A DNA stretch of 64,000 nt from Diplonema japonicum (lineage: Eukaryota > Protista > Euglenozoa: Diplonemea): contig OZ025671.1 of the NCBI GenBank assembly GCA_964019335.1, positions 620,001 to 684,000 on the forward strand, read 5' to 3'. The notes beneath the pieces were generated by a model. It was not told the DNA's origin. It ran no database searches and was given only the letters and a program-made list of their open reading frames with translations. Positions 10,943 to 23,889 of the stretch are shown in pieces. Every line of letters starts with the position of its first letter. Within the stretch, counting starts at the first letter, position 1. The position numbers and the translations under genes were made by a program.

Positions 10943-13900
10943 TCATTCCGGGCCACGCTTTTGATGCGCTTGCTTTCTTGCTTTCCTACCTCTTTCAGTT
11001 GATTGTATCTTCATGGCTGCCTTGTCCATGAACTGTTTCTCTTGTTCCTCAGCTGCTGCGACTTCTGCCTTCCTCTGTGAGGCGCGATTCTTCTGAAGAG
11101 TATGAGATGCCTTTGTTGCCTCAGATTTTCTGAATGTCGTCTGGATGCGTGTCGCAGCCTCTGTTTGCGATTTTTTTGACTTCTGAGTGCTTCTCACTCG
11201 CCTGCCCCGTTCAGCTGATTGGATTCGCACTGCTGCTCTGTTCGTGAAGTCTTCTTCTTGTTTGATCGCCAGTTCAAGTTCCGCGGCATGCAAGGCTGAA
11301 GTTGTTTCAGCACGCACACCTGTGTCCGCCCTTGATTTGAAGCCTTTAAAAGTGCTTTGAATGCGTAGTGCCGCTTCCTGCATTTCGCTATCATCGGGTA
11401 TTGCCACGGGCGACTGCGTGTCGAATGAGACCTTGGGAGAGTTCATCTTGGCAGCCAGCACACATCTCTTTTTCAATTGGTTCTGCGCATACCTCGCCCT
11501 TGCAGCTGATTGAATCCGTATGGCGGCCCTGTTCATGAACTGCCGCTCCATCCCAGCGGACTCCTTGTCCGACAGTACTTGGTGCCTCTGGTCCCTCTTG
11601 TGCGCACGCTCGGACTTCACCTTTCTCTTGGCTTGTCTCCTCCTCTCAGCCGACTGTATTTTTGTTGCTGCAAACTCCTTCTCCTTCTGCACCTCGCGCT
11701 TCCTTCGCGCTTCTTTTCTCGCTTGCCTTCCCCTCTCAGCCGACTGTACTGTTGTGGCTGCTTGGTTAATGAACTGCTGTTCCTGCTCCAGGATCTTGGA
11801 CATTTCTTCTTTTTCTCCATGCACCTTTTTCACTTCGGCACGCGCTCTCGATTCTGGCCTTACTTTCGACTGCCTGAAGGCAACCTGTATGCACACAGCA
11901 GCCTTCTGCTCTCTGGCTTCTTGCTCGGAGTCCTGTGCCGAGTGCCCCTCAAGACCCACCGCCTGAGAGGATATATTAAACGAGACGTGCTTGCTCTTGC
12001 GTCGCTGTTGTGCTTCACCCCTTGCCCGCCTACCTCGCTCAGCCGACTGCATTTTCGTTGCTGCCTTGTGCATGTTTACTCGTTTTCTCTGTACTTCCTG
12101 TTGCGCTTGCCTTCTCCTCTCTATCGACTGTATTTTCGTAGCTGCCTCATTCATAAACTGCTTCTCTTGTTCCTCAGCTGCCGCGATCTCTGCAGCTCTC
12201 TGCAACATGTCTTCGTTATGCAGCATCTGAGATTCTCGTGCTGCGCTTGATTTTCTAAATACAGCTTGGATTTGTGTCGCTGCATGTTCACTTTCCTGAA
12301 CTTCAGAAGGCTTTCTGAGGTGCTCTCCTTCTTGTTCTTCGTATCTTCTCTTAGAAAGCTCTCTGCGTGCCTTGTTCCTTGCTTGCTTACCTCTCTCAGC
12401 CGATTGTATCTTTACGGCTGCCTTATTCATGAACTGCTTCTCTTGCTCCTCAGCTGCCGCAAGTCCTGTTTCCTTTTGTGAGGTGCGATTCTTCTGAAGA
12501 GACTGGGACACTTGCACCGCACTGGTTCTTCTGAACGTTGTTTGGATGAGTGTCGCTGCCTTCTGCGCATTGGGGTTTTCTTCCAGAAGATGCAATTCTT
12601 GCTTTCTCTGTACTTCCTTTTGCGCTTGCCTTCTCCTCTCGATCGACTGTATTTTCGTAGCCGCCTCATTCATAAACCGATTTTCCTGCTCCTCAGCTTC
12701 TGCGATCTCTGCATCTCTCTGCAACATGCGGTTTTTATGTAGTATCTGAGATGCCTGTTCTGCATTAGACTTCCTGAATGCTGCTTGGATGCGTGTTGCT
12801 GCTTCACCTTCCTGCCTTTCAGACTTTTTCTTGGAATCTCTGCGTGCTTGCTTTCTTGCTTTCCTACCTCTTTCAGTTGATTGTATCTTCATGGCTGCCT
12901 TGTCCATGAACTGTTTCTCTTGTTCCTCAGCTGCTGCGACTTCTGCCTTCCTCTGTGAGGCGCGATTCTTCTGAAGAGTATGAGATGCCTTCGTTGCCTC
13001 AGATTTTCTGAATGTCGTCTGGATGCGTGTCGCAGCCTCTGTTTGCGATTCTCTTGCGACGCCCAACGCTTGGGGCCCCTGCGGTGGTCCTACAGACGAG
13101 TGTTCTGGTTGCTGTCGATCCTGAGTGTTCTCCTCTTCGCCACGGTGCGCGGGGTCCTGCAGCTTGGGTGAACAGGTCCTGCACTCAGAAGTTTTGAAAC
13201 CCAGCGTCTTGAGGTCAAGAAGCTTCTTCAATTGTTTCCTACTTAAGTATAGTCTGAACCGTCGCTGGATCTTAATGACTGCAAAGAACATTTGCTTCTC
13301 GAAGGAAACGAGCGCTGCGAGGGCAGGTGTGCCGGCTTGTAGCACTCTATCGAGCCACATAACACAGGAAGGTGTTGTGGTGTACGCCTGCAACATAGTC
13401 AGTAGCCCTTTCAAGGAGTGCCTGTAGATGCTGCAGTTGATGAGGACTCTCAAGCACACGGATTTTGACTGGTACTCCATCTGCTTCCTAACTAAGTAGC
13501 CGCGCAACATTGCTTGAATTCTAATAGCTGCCTTCTGCTTTGCGAGACTGGCTCTGTTGCGGAAGGCGTGTTGGATCTTTCTTGAAGCCCCGTCCCGCTC
13601 ATCGTGCGCTTCCTTGATGCTCTCTCTTGCAGACTTCTTTGAGTGCTTCACCTCAGAGCGTCGTCTTGTGCCGTATAGCTCTAAGCGTGCTGCCCTGCCC
13701 CGCCTCAAGGCTTGGATTTTAGTAGCTGCTTCAGATTTTTTAAGCTCCGTTTTTTTAGTCTTCGCCACCTCCCTGGCTTTCCTTCCTCGCTGCAGTGCTT
13801 GGATCCTGTTTGCCGCAGACCACTTGTCATCGTACACCTTTGTGCGGATAGCTGACACGACCGCCGATGCTACCTTAAACCGAGCGAAAGCTTGCACGGT

Positions 13901-15647
13901 GACACTGTTTTCCCATGTCTCAGCAGGTGTCTGGTGCTGCAGCTGTCTCTGCAGAGCTCTAGTGTGTGAAAGTGCTGGTTTCTGGTCCATTGTAGCCATC
14001 ACGGTGTTTAGCTCTGCAGCTTGCGCCTTCATCTTCCTCAGGTCTTTTCGTTTCTTCCCATGCTTCGGTTTAGAAGTCCGTGTCACGAACTTGTCAATCG
14101 TGGAGCTCAGCAGGTCGTTGTATTCACGAAGATGAGCCGCCTATTGTTGTTGTTGCCAGCAACGCATCATACCGAAGTGTGCTGCACATTGAGAGTGTCT
14201 TTCACCTTGTCGAAATCTTGCTTTTCTCGAAGTAAGCGGAGCAGTAGAGCGACCTGTTGGTGGTGGTACGGCAACCAATGACCAAGTAACATAAAAACGC
14301 TTGCGAAGTGAAAAGAAATTAGGGAAAAGGTATTGCCCATCTGAGCGGGAAATAATTCCGAGGACACAATGAAATTTTCAACAAAAGAGTGTACCTGAGT
14401 GCGCTCCTTTGGTGCAGTGCGTATCGATCTGGGTTTGATGGGAGGGTCAGTCGGGTGCACCTCTAGGGGTGGCTGCTTCGCGGGTTGTGGTGGGCAGTGC
14501 GAAGTCCATAAAGCCGTGTCAATGGTGAAGACGCTGACGTCAGCGTAGTACTGCCGTGCGGTATGGTGGTCCTCGGACAGCAGTTGCGAGATGCACAATG
14601 GTGACATCCCGTTGCTGTGTGTGCCTTGCGCCTCCCCAAACATGAGCCACAAGGTTCGCCCAATGACAGCAGTGACAGGGTGGAGCCGCTGCGAAGGCAT
14701 GGTTTGGACAGAGTGCAGGTGGAACACAACAACATCAGCTTGATGCGAAGCGGGAAGAGCAGCGTAATAAACACCATGTTGCGCCACGCACCACAGGTGA
14801 CGCGTCTGTTTCACACATCTCAGCAACAAGGGCTGCTTGGGAAACGTGCTCAACCCGCTTCTCGTGTCACGCACTTCGTAGTTAATAGTGCGCCAGATCC
14901 CTGAGTAGAGGTCGTACGAGAACAACTGACAATTGCCTGTCTCGTGGTCGCCCTTGTGATAGGTGTAGCCGCCATAGACATAAAGGACATCATCCAGCAC
15001 GTCAACAGTGTGTCCTGTGACTTGCTTGTTTTGTTGCACTCCATACCATAAAGGAGCGGCCCTATGTTTGTTGCTTTTACTGCTTCCCACCGTTGGGTAT
15101 CAAAGGTGAAGGAGTAGAGTGCTGCAGAGGTGGTGGTGGCCGTCTTCCCGCCATGAATGAGAAGCCTGGTCTTATACGCAGCGCATGCATGTGACGAGAG
15201 GCCTTCTGGCTGCACGCCGTGTTTGGTGTCAATAAGCAGTTTCCGCCATTCATGAGAGGAGCTCTTGAGGGGCAACACCCACATGTCATTCAGTGTTGCT
15301 CCTGTGCTACCGATCCCACCATGCACAAGCAGCATGCCGTCACGTATTGCTGTGATGTGGTGCATCCGCGGTGGGGGAAAGGTTTTCCCCCAGCAGACCA
15401 CCTTGTACCACCTATTGTTGCTAACGTCCACGCAGCATAAATCCGATCGTAACTTGACCCCCGTAAACCTATCGGGTTGACTGCTACCACCAAACAAGTA
15501 CAGACAGTTCTTGTACTTCACGCAGCCGCACCTGCTTCTGCAGCATGCATTTTTATTAGAAAGGATGTTCGCAAGTTCACCCAGCGGCTGGCCGCTTTTG
15601 GCGCATGTCATGTTGCTGCACTTCGTGAGTCGTGCATTGCTGATCAT
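10943..15647 (-). CDS. Multi-exon Kelch-repeat plus multi-IQ (calmodulin-binding) repeat protein
   Basis: Kelch blades (LYLFGG, LLVHGG, LLIHGG, LYVYGG) in ORFs 14850..15647 and 14167..15090 are joined by intron 15015-15046. Intron 14141-14172 fuses them in frame to the IQ ORF (about 20 IQxxxRxxxxR-type motifs), whose track start is a GTG. A probable in-frame intron lies at 14254-14394. Exact start is uncertain. Confidence 0.72.
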
Positions 15648-15668
15648 GAAAACAGAAGAAGAAGAAAG

Positions 15669-17622
15669 CTACTCTTTAACTTTGATATGACTTCTTAAAT
15701 GAGGCACAATAGCACCTGAAGGCGTTCGTACGCAAACAAACCACGGTCCTGACTCGTCTACTGCGGTGACCTGCAGTGCTTGCTACATTGCTGTGGACAT
15801 ACCAAGCCGACCTCGTCGTTCAGCAACCCACCCCACTGCCTGCCGTTCACAAGTCCCTTGCCTTCTTCTGACAGGACAACCTTGTTACCACATGCCACCT
15901 GTGACAATAGTTATCTTTGCTATGACATACCTGTGCGAACTCGATCATGACCCAGCGGTACAGGTTGTTGTAAGTCCCGTGATACGAAGCGTTGGCGTCC
16001 CAAGCAGCGTACACCATCTTCAACTTCTCTCTGATGGACCTGAAAGCGGCAAGGCGTGCAGAGCCCGTGCTTCCCGAGGCACCAAGGTTTTCTAAACTCA
16101 GCTGATTGAGTTTCTCCTGGTCAATGGTGTCAGGTGTTGGCAGTGGTGGCCCCATCGGATCTGCTGTACTTGTCGCACGAGGGGTAAGTACTGCCGAGAG
16201 TGGTTTTAGTTCCAGTTCCATTACATTGCCGACCCACCTGTTGCTAGGGAACGCCACCTCACAAGCACCTGTTTGATTCAGTGAAACGATCCTCCCGACC
16301 TCGCCAGGTGCCGTCCCCTGCCATCCCTGCTGTGGTGTTACTAATTTGTGCACGGAAACGGCGGAGCCTACCCCAATTTGCTGGAGATCCTGCGGGATGC
16401 CTTTCCAGTTTGATTGTACAACAAATTGCACTGTGGCTGCATCCTGCAGGGAAGTAACCAGCCCGATATCTCCATAAGCAGCATTACCGAAGCCAAATGA
16501 CGGTGTCACACTGTCTTGCAAAGCAACAGCATCTCCCACGCAAAGGAGCACTACGTGTAATTCTGTCAGATGCCCTGTCCACAGGGTGTTCCAACCATCC
16601 CATTTGACGAGGCAGCTGCCGTCAGGTTCAATATGCTTGATGACTCCGTAAATTTTGTAGTGCGGGTTCAGGTCGCCCCAGTCCGCGCTAGGCACTGCAC
16701 CGTCCTTCACGATAACCTTCTGTCCGATCGGTATTGTCTGCAACTCAGTCCTCATTGCCCTCCACAGGTCACTAAACGCCGCGAACTTCACAGTGCACTC
16801 GTCACCGTCCACCCCGACTACGACACCCACGTCGTTAACTACTGCATCGCCTAGACCATACTTCGGCTGCGCACTCCTGAGGATGACCCAATCCTGAAGG
16901 CCCGGAAGATGGTACGCCGTGTCGGAGGGATCCGTCAGCGACCTCAGTTTTGTAGGGTACAGCGAAATTGGCAGCTTGGAATGGAACAATTTGCGCAGAA
17001 GCTGCGGTGGAGGCATCTTGCACACACAGCACAAATTCAATCCACACACAAAGCAGCACCATCTCCACATCCCTGCAGTGGCGTGTCCACCCCGGCATTG
17101 GGGTGCACCACACCTCCATTTTTGAGCCAGGCACACAATGGCTGATGCTTGCACCTTGACATTGACCGACCCGAAGGAGACATTTCCCCCAGAGGAAGAA
17201 GAGTACGAGTGCAGCACACCAATGGCACCTTTGTCGACACCATCAACCTTTCGAGTCGTCTGCACCATGTCTCCCATGCGCAGCTGTCGCTTCAAACACT
17301 TTGTTGAGAACGTCCCCGTCTTCGAGATGGGGGCGTCGAACCTAACCTCCACAACAGCACTTGCCTTCGATAGCGCATCACATTTGACAACAGTTCCTGT
17401 TCTCCGTGCAACGGTTGCCATCCAGTCACTCCACAACTCTGCAGCCTGTTGCACTTCGCGGCAAGTTGTCGGGTCCATCATGCCCACCACATCGCCTGTG
17501 CTGATACTGCTTGGCGCTGTCAGATCTGTCCATTCCATCTCATGGCCCGAATAGCACTTAGCAGGTTCCGCTTGTTGTAACCACGATAAGCAACTCGGCA
17601 GAACATCTTGTGCACTTGCCAT
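15669..17622 (-). CDS. Protein with KEG/HERC2-like (Mib-SH3-type) repeats and a Cys-rich segment
   Basis: Repeats of the type (V/I)GDxVxxxxxxxPxxGWG....(V/I)GxV....(V)xFxxxxxWxGxxxEL. Two 32-nt introns (15899-15930, 15771-15802) extend the ORF to a TAG at 15669 and add one more repeat. Confidence 0.65.
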
Positions 17623-17715
17623 TCAGATTACCGCATATTTGTTGTTTTGTGTTGCCTGTGTCATTGTTGCGTGTGTAAAGACCGGTGCAATTAAGATCAG
17701 GTAAGTAGCTACTGA

Positions 17716-18396
17716 CTATTTCTTCAGCGAGTAGCCGATGAACACCCCAACAGCCAAGGCGGATAGGCAAGGCATGAGCAGAGACGCGGGTTTGTGTTCA
17801 GATTTCTTTTTCAAAGTGTGGGTTTTAAGGTACTCCTTGCGACGCTTCATCAACTCGTTGCAAAGCGACTTCAGCCAAGGATGCTGCATCCTGCCATCAA
17901 CGCTCCCATAGAAAGGGGTCAGGTCTACGCCCTGCACCCTCTCATAATCAAACGCCTGAAGACCCATTTCCAGCCTGTCGATGTCCTTCACCCAATGGGA
18001 CTCCTTGGTGGTACCATTCTCGTACTCATCCCAAAGCTCCAAGAGCTCTCCCTCCAGTGGTGTCCCCTTGAAGATCTCACTTATCTCCACCATGGCTTTT
18101 CTCTCCATTTCATATTTAGCCTCCTTCGTGATGCCTCGTTCACGCATTTGCTTCGGACTCAAGTCACCGATCACCGCCTCCGCCACGTCATGCATGATGG
18201 ACACCTTGATCAGCCTGTTCACATCAAGTGTCTCATCCCTGCACAGCAAGCTAAGCATTCCCATCCTGTACATGTGGTCAGCAACGCTCTCCACACGTTC
18301 CACACCGTTCTCGATCCAGCCCGTGCGCGGGGTGAGTTTCAGCTTAGCAACTACATCAAGAAAGTCAAGTGCTTGCGCTGCTGTGGGTTCCGTCAT
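17716..18396 (-). CDS. HDDC2: HD-domain 5'-deoxynucleotidase (HDDC2/YfbR family) with C-terminal tail anchor
   Basis: LKLTPRTGW, ESVADHMYRM, MHDVAEAVIGD, LWDEYE and VKDIDRLEM motifs. Hydrophobic C-terminal helix followed by KK. Confidence 0.88.
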   Translation of the reverse strand: MTEPTAAQALDFLDVVAKLKLTPRTGWIENGVERVESVADHMYRMGMLSLLCRDETLDVNRLIKVSIMHDVAEAVIGDLSPKQMRERGITKEAKYEMERKAMVEISEIFKGTPLEGELLELWDEYENGTTKESHWVKDIDRLEMGLQAFDYERVQGVDLTPFYGSVDGRMQHPWLKSLCNELMKRRKEYLKTHTLKKKSEHKPASLLMPCLSALAVGVFIGYSLKK

Positions 18397-18475
18397 TTTT
18401 AGTGAATCGCAGTTCTATTATTGGTTAAGGGTGAGTATCCAAGATGAAATTTAATGCAACACCGTAAGGTATTGA

Positions 18476-20557
18476 CTACTGACACCAGAAGTCTAACTGC
18501 TCCTGCCCCGTGAAGCCTGCTTTGGTCATGACATGTTTGAATGACTTCCTTCTTTCGTGTCGCGGCGAGGGCGCCCGCGCTGTTTGAGGTCTTCGGAGCT
18601 TCGGCGGTATGGGGAACACGGCTTCAAGTTTCCATGCGCCCTTTTTCCACCGTCTCTTCCTTGGAGATCCAGCACCCTTCTTTAAATACACAAAACCTTG
18701 TGGGCTGTCTTGGACAAACCGGTCTGCTGGTTGCTGTTTTCCAGACGGGGAAGCAGGTTCGCTCTCGCGGTCAGAGTTGCCCGAGTTACTTGCCCGGCGC
18801 CCCTTGAAGAACTCCTCTTCGAGGTTGGTATTGTTGAACTTTTTGAAAGACCGCACTTTTGGTTTTCCTGCGCTCAGCGGTGCGACGGGATGCAACATGA
18901 GAAGCTCGGCCACTGTCTTGAGACCTATCTTCTTCTTGAGGTCTTCTCTGTTCCTCATCGCAGCCTCGGTGGCTCCCATCATCTTCAGCCATTTGGTGGA
19001 CCTCCTCGGCCCTTTCGTATCACGAATGCGGGCCCAATCGATGCCACCTTGATACTTTGGGAGGCCGTGCGACAGGCGTTCCACGACAAAGTCTCGCGCC
19101 GTGCCTATCTCGAGCAGCGAGGCATTCGGCCTTTCGATCTTGAGGAACATCTCCTGCTGCACTTCCCCATTGATGTTTGAGTTGTACTTTTGAGGGATCT
19201 CTTTTGCCGAGTACTTGTACATCAGTACCTCTACACCTTCGTAGCCTATGATGGCCAAGATGGGCTCAGGAATTACAAACTCGAATGGTTTGGGAGGCTG
19301 CTTGTCAGTACCGCGAGTTTGCATGAAGTTGTGCGAAGCGTTCTGCACCATCTCACCGAAGAAGTGCCAGTGGCTCCTGTACAGCACGTCTTCCATGAAG
19401 TTTTCGAGGACGACGAACTCTTCAGGCAACACTTTAGCAATCGCTGGAAGGCCCATCGATGCCTTTCTGTTGTCCGGTATTTGGTCCATGTCGTTGCCAT
19501 CTTGAAGGTTGCTCTCGTCATCTTGGGAGATGACACTAGCGGTGGTGTGTTGCAGCGCATGTTTCTTCTGTTGCGACTTCTTGCTATTAGGAAGGTACAA
19601 CATCCCCTTTGTGTCGATGGCAAGAATGTCAAGCGCCTTGTCGGTGATGTTCGTGAGATCTATCTTCGGGAGCCCCAGGTCATCCACTTGACCTTTCCTT
19701 TCGTACCTGAAGATGATTGTGTCATCGTCCTTCCTCTTCACAACAGTGTCAAATTTGACACCCAAGTTCAAGGGGACCACGGAGGTGGACTCGTGTTCCT
19801 TCGTGCTACGGATGGAGGTGCAGTGAAGGAGGTGCAGATGGCCTTCCAAATCAAACTTCAAGAAGCACACCAGCCCTGTAATCTGCGCCTTTTGATGCTC
19901 CTCGACGTTTTTAACCAAAAGCTTGATCTCTTTTTCGACTTTGTGTCGGACGAACGGCGAGACGGGTCCTACGGAAGACAGGGAAGGGGGGCCGTCAAAC
20001 GTGCAACAGCGTTCGCACGGCGACACCCATGTGTGGGTCAGAAGGTGGATGTTGCGCCGTGATGTGCACAGCATAGCATGGGGGGACCAGGTCGCCTGCA
20101 AGACGACATTGCAGGAGGGTTTCGGAGCAACGAAGCGCTGCAGGAGACCTGAGACTTCGTGTGCACGTGTTTGAAGGAACTTCTGCAAGCCTTCAACATC
20201 AAAGTACTCGAATCTCAAGATGCTATCACCCGTCTCAGGGTCCGTCCGCTGTGAAGCAAACTCAGCAACCACCGTCTGAGAGCTCTTTCTGGCAGACCAT
20301 GCTGTATACAGCCTGCTCAGAATGATCTCCTTCCCCAGTTTCTTCTCCATCTCCATTACGTCATCAGACCAACTGTACCACACCTTAGCGAAGCCCTGCT
20401 CCAGGATCACGGTTTCCGGTATTTTGAGGCCCCCGTCACCATGTTGTTGCGACTTCAGCCAAACCAGATTATAGATCTCTGTAATGAGCCCATCGCCATC
20501 GACCTTCCCACGGATTACTTTCACGATGCGCTTTCCGCCATCACCTATTTGCTTCAT
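18476..20557 (-). CDS. Hypothetical protein (~690 aa)
   Basis: Long uninterrupted ORF on the cluster strand with a globular-looking N-terminal half. No family recognised with confidence. Confidence 0.75.
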   Translation of the reverse strand: MKQIGDGGKRIVKVIRGKVDGDGLITEIYNLVWLKSQQHGDGGLKIPETVILEQGFAKVWYSWSDDVMEMEKKLGKEIILSRLYTAWSARKSSQTVVAEFASQRTDPETGDSILRFEYFDVEGLQKFLQTRAHEVSGLLQRFVAPKPSCNVVLQATWSPHAMLCTSRRNIHLLTHTWVSPCERCCTFDGPPSLSSVGPVSPFVRHKVEKEIKLLVKNVEEHQKAQITGLVCFLKFDLEGHLHLLHCTSIRSTKEHESTSVVPLNLGVKFDTVVKRKDDDTIIFRYERKGQVDDLGLPKIDLTNITDKALDILAIDTKGMLYLPNSKKSQQKKHALQHTTASVISQDDESNLQDGNDMDQIPDNRKASMGLPAIAKVLPEEFVVLENFMEDVLYRSHWHFFGEMVQNASHNFMQTRGTDKQPPKPFEFVIPEPILAIIGYEGVEVLMYKYSAKEIPQKYNSNINGEVQQEMFLKIERPNASLLEIGTARDFVVERLSHGLPKYQGGIDWARIRDTKGPRRSTKWLKMMGATEAAMRNREDLKKKIGLKTVAELLMLHPVAPLSAGKPKVRSFKKFNNTNLEEEFFKGRRASNSGNSDRESEPASPSGKQQPADRFVQDSPQGFVYLKKGAGSPRKRRWKKGAWKLEAVFPIPPKLRRPQTARAPSPRHERRKSFKHVMTKAGFTGQEQLDFWCQ

Positions 20558-21097
20558 TGCCAATCATATGGCATCATGTCCTGTTGAAGGCGTAGGCAGG
20601 ATAAAATAATGACGACAACAATGAATAAAACATGGCTACTTTATCAGCAACAAAAGCTATGCAAGCAATAGCACGTGCAGCTAGGATAAAGCAAAAAGGC
20701 AGTACTTAAAAGATGGAAGTCTCCTGCTGTGCCACTACGTTTTAGGTCGATATATATAAAATGAATCCCCTTTGTATAACGGAAAGCGGAACGTTTTGTT
20801 TTATTTGTACACTTGGAGGCACGTTTTGTCGGGTGGAGTAACCATCGCATAGAGAAGGAAGAGAAAAAGAAAGATATGATCTGCAACAAAAATGAGTTTG
20901 CAAGAAAACAGAAGTAATATCACAACTGGAATGAAGTGCTCTGTGTAGCCGTTCATCACGAAAATAATAAAAACAAAAAGACGGAAAAATCGGAAGCAAA
21001 ATAACAAAAGGGGGAAACAAAAAAGGTCCTGAGTTCTTGGGTGCCAGCATCGTGTTTCTATACACGGAAACTCACCAAGACGATGACTGTGGTCCCT

Positions 21098-23498
21098 TTA
21101 AAGCAGCAACTCAACAGCATCGACAACGTCCGGAACGTTGAGGAAGGTGAGATAAGTGCCCAGTGGGTTGTACGTGGGCTGGGCAGCCACGATCTGCCAC
21201 TGGCCCGGAAGCATGTTGCGGTACCTCAAAGAGCCGATATGCGCACCAAAAGGGTGCTGGCCAAACTTGCAGATGTCTGCGAACACAACCTTATCGACAC
21301 CCACCAGCGAGTCAAGCAGCCCGAGGGGCAAGCCACTCAGGTACGGGCAATCAATCACTTTAACAACAACACCATGTTTCTCAGATATGATTTTCGCCGC
21401 CTGCTGAGACGTCACGACGCCATTGCCGTACGTAACTATCGCTACTGCAGCGTCGCGCGGTCCGTAGCAGGTGACTTCGTCAAAGGACGCCATCTCACCC
21501 TTTTCCGTGTAGGGCATCAGCCATGACTCATCTTTTTCATTTTCGTTAACATGCTTCAAGTTCAAGAGGTTTGTGCAGTCCACGCTCATCACAATACGGC
21601 CCGCCTTTGCCTGCTGGATGGCATGGCGCATGCCTCTTGCGTAGTCGGGCCCGTTCGAGTAGCAGACAACGTCAATGCCGGGGGGAATGTGCAGCATGTT
21701 GTGCGTGTGGAAGTTGCCCCCAAACACCCCTCTGTCGAACCCTTGCAGCCTGATCACCATACCACAAGGCTGTTTGCCTGCCGACAGCCAGTTCATGATC
21801 GCTGCCTCGAAGTATTGATCCACACCACAGTCCAAGTACTTTGCATAAGGGATTTCCACAATGGGCACAAGGCCCACCTGGCTGTAGCCAATCCCAAGTC
21901 CGATCAGGCACGACTCTTCAGGGGGGAAGTCCTTCACGCGGTGAGGGAATTTTTTTGCCAAGCCATCAGTGACAAGGTAGTACCCGCCGTGCTCCACGTC
22001 CTCGCCGACGTACACAAGGTTGGAGGTTTCCTCCAGGGACTCCTTCAAAACGGCGGTCATGTGTTTTCTCATGGGCACTTTGTCCTTGGGAAGGAAGTCG
22101 CTGTTGTTGGCATTAGGAGGGCCTCTTATGAGAGTATTCCTTTCGCGCGGGGGATCAGGACGCCACAAGGGCTGGGATGTTACAGCCTGCACCTTGCTAC
22201 GCTCAGTCACCTTAGGCTCGTTCACTGCAATGTCGAATGCACGCTTCACCTGTTCCCACGTCTCGTTGTACATTCTATGCAACTCTTCGTAGGTCACAAG
22301 CCCGGCTTTCACAGCTTGTGCAGATGCAAAGGACAACGGGTCCACCTCGGCAACCTCTTGGATCTCGTGCTGCGTCAGGTACGCCATCTGCCTGTCGGTG
22401 GCAGCGTGCCCGAACCTTCTCGGGAGGTTGCTGAACAAAAGGAACACAGGTTTGTGCTTCTTCCTGCTGTACTCCACAGCCCTCTGTGTTGCGGCCCATA
22501 CGTCTAGCATGTCACGCCCATCTGCCTCGAACAGCTTCATCCTTAGCTTGTGGACGTACTCCTTCTGCAGCCAGTCAAATCCCTTCAGAGAGATCGCTAC
22601 ACCGTTGTCAGAAACCATGAACACCACAGGGCATTTGAACTTCCTGTGTGCAGCGTATTCCGCAACGTTGAGAGCCGCAAGGTACTGTGGTGTGGTGAAT
22701 TAAGCAACGCTTGCATACCTGTGCGTGGTTCACAGAACCGTCACCAACGGACACAAAAGACACGGAACCTGGTGCAAGAAGGCAAGGAAGCTCTAACTGA
22801 GAAGCAAGAGCATATCCCAAAGCACGGCCCACAGCTTGGGGGGCTTGCGAAGCAAGGGTTGAGGTGACCAGGAAGTCTCTTTCACCTCCGCCAATAGCAC
22901 AATGATGGCCGCCCGTTACGGGGTCTAAGGCCGACACAGTGTGTCCCCTTGCACGGTCGAGGAGGACCGATTCTATTGGCTTCCCTGCTTTCAGTTGTCT
23001 TGCTACCTGGGCAGCTGTGTGACGGTAGTGCAGAGCCATGCTATCGCCTTCTTGAAGGATGGATCCAATAGCGGAGGTCAACTCTTCACCACCAGGTCCG
23101 ATGGTGTAGAAGCCTAGACCCATGGAGGATGCAACTCGCGACTCAACGTGCAGCAGTGACGTCGCGTAGCCGGCCCGCAGCACTAGCTTGGCTTCGTCAG
23201 CAGAGATAAGCCCATCGTTGAAGTCCCGGAAACCAGCAGGGATCTTGCATGTGCCTTCTGCAAGCTGCTTTCTGAAGTACTTCGCCATCTTTACCTCCGT
23301 CATGCCATCGAGGTCCTTTGCTTTGTCGGCACGGAGCTGCGGGAGGTCTATCTTCCCATGCTCTATGTCTAATTCCTCAGTACTGCCCGCTTCCCTTCCA
23401 AACCACTCATCTCGCGAGCGCAACTTAGTCGTAAACGCATCATGCTCTTTCAGAAACCCCCACCCCCACGGTCTCAATGAGACAGCGGATTTTCTCAT
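21098..23498 (-). CDS. Fused alpha/beta 2-oxoacid dehydrogenase E1 (branched-chain-like, ThDP-dependent), 2 exons
   Basis: A 34-nt intron (22685-22718) joins SVGDGSVNHAQ to YLAALN...VSDNGVAIS, giving the GDG..N ThDP motif. RRFGHAATD; beta-part GEDVEHGGYY, EIPYAKYLDCG, GGNFHTHN. N-terminus resembles a mitochondrial presequence. Confidence 0.85.
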
Positions 23499-23889
23499 CT
23501 TATTGATCTGATGAGTCGTGAATCAAAGGTGTAAAAGTGTTTAAACAAAGCAGTGAGTGGAGGACTGGGGGGCGGGGTAAGAAATACGGGTAGGAAACAA
23601 AGGGGAAGGGTGAAATGGCAACGGAAAAAAAAGGGGTGTAAAATAAAAAAAGGGAAAAGTAAAAAAGAAAGAAAAGACCACTATTAAAACAAAATAAAAA
23701 TAAAAAATAAAAAAAGCCCGGAAGAAGGTCCGTCCCTGACCTTTGTTGTCGTGGTGGTTTGTTATCATGAGGGTTGGGCAGCGGTGGGTGGGGAAACACT
23801 TGAAAATAAAATCCCGACAAAAAGAATAAACACATTGATCCCAAGAAGGGGGGGGAGGAAAAAGAGGAAAATGGGGTTGGCAAAGGTCT

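Noticed and set aside
22608-22720. Apparent frameshifts or pseudogenes in E1, CAF1, Kelch and other genes
   Set aside because: Each break examined is resolved by a 31-38 nt GT-AG intron, so neither recoding nor an alternative genetic code is needed; TAA, TAG and TGA all act as stops.
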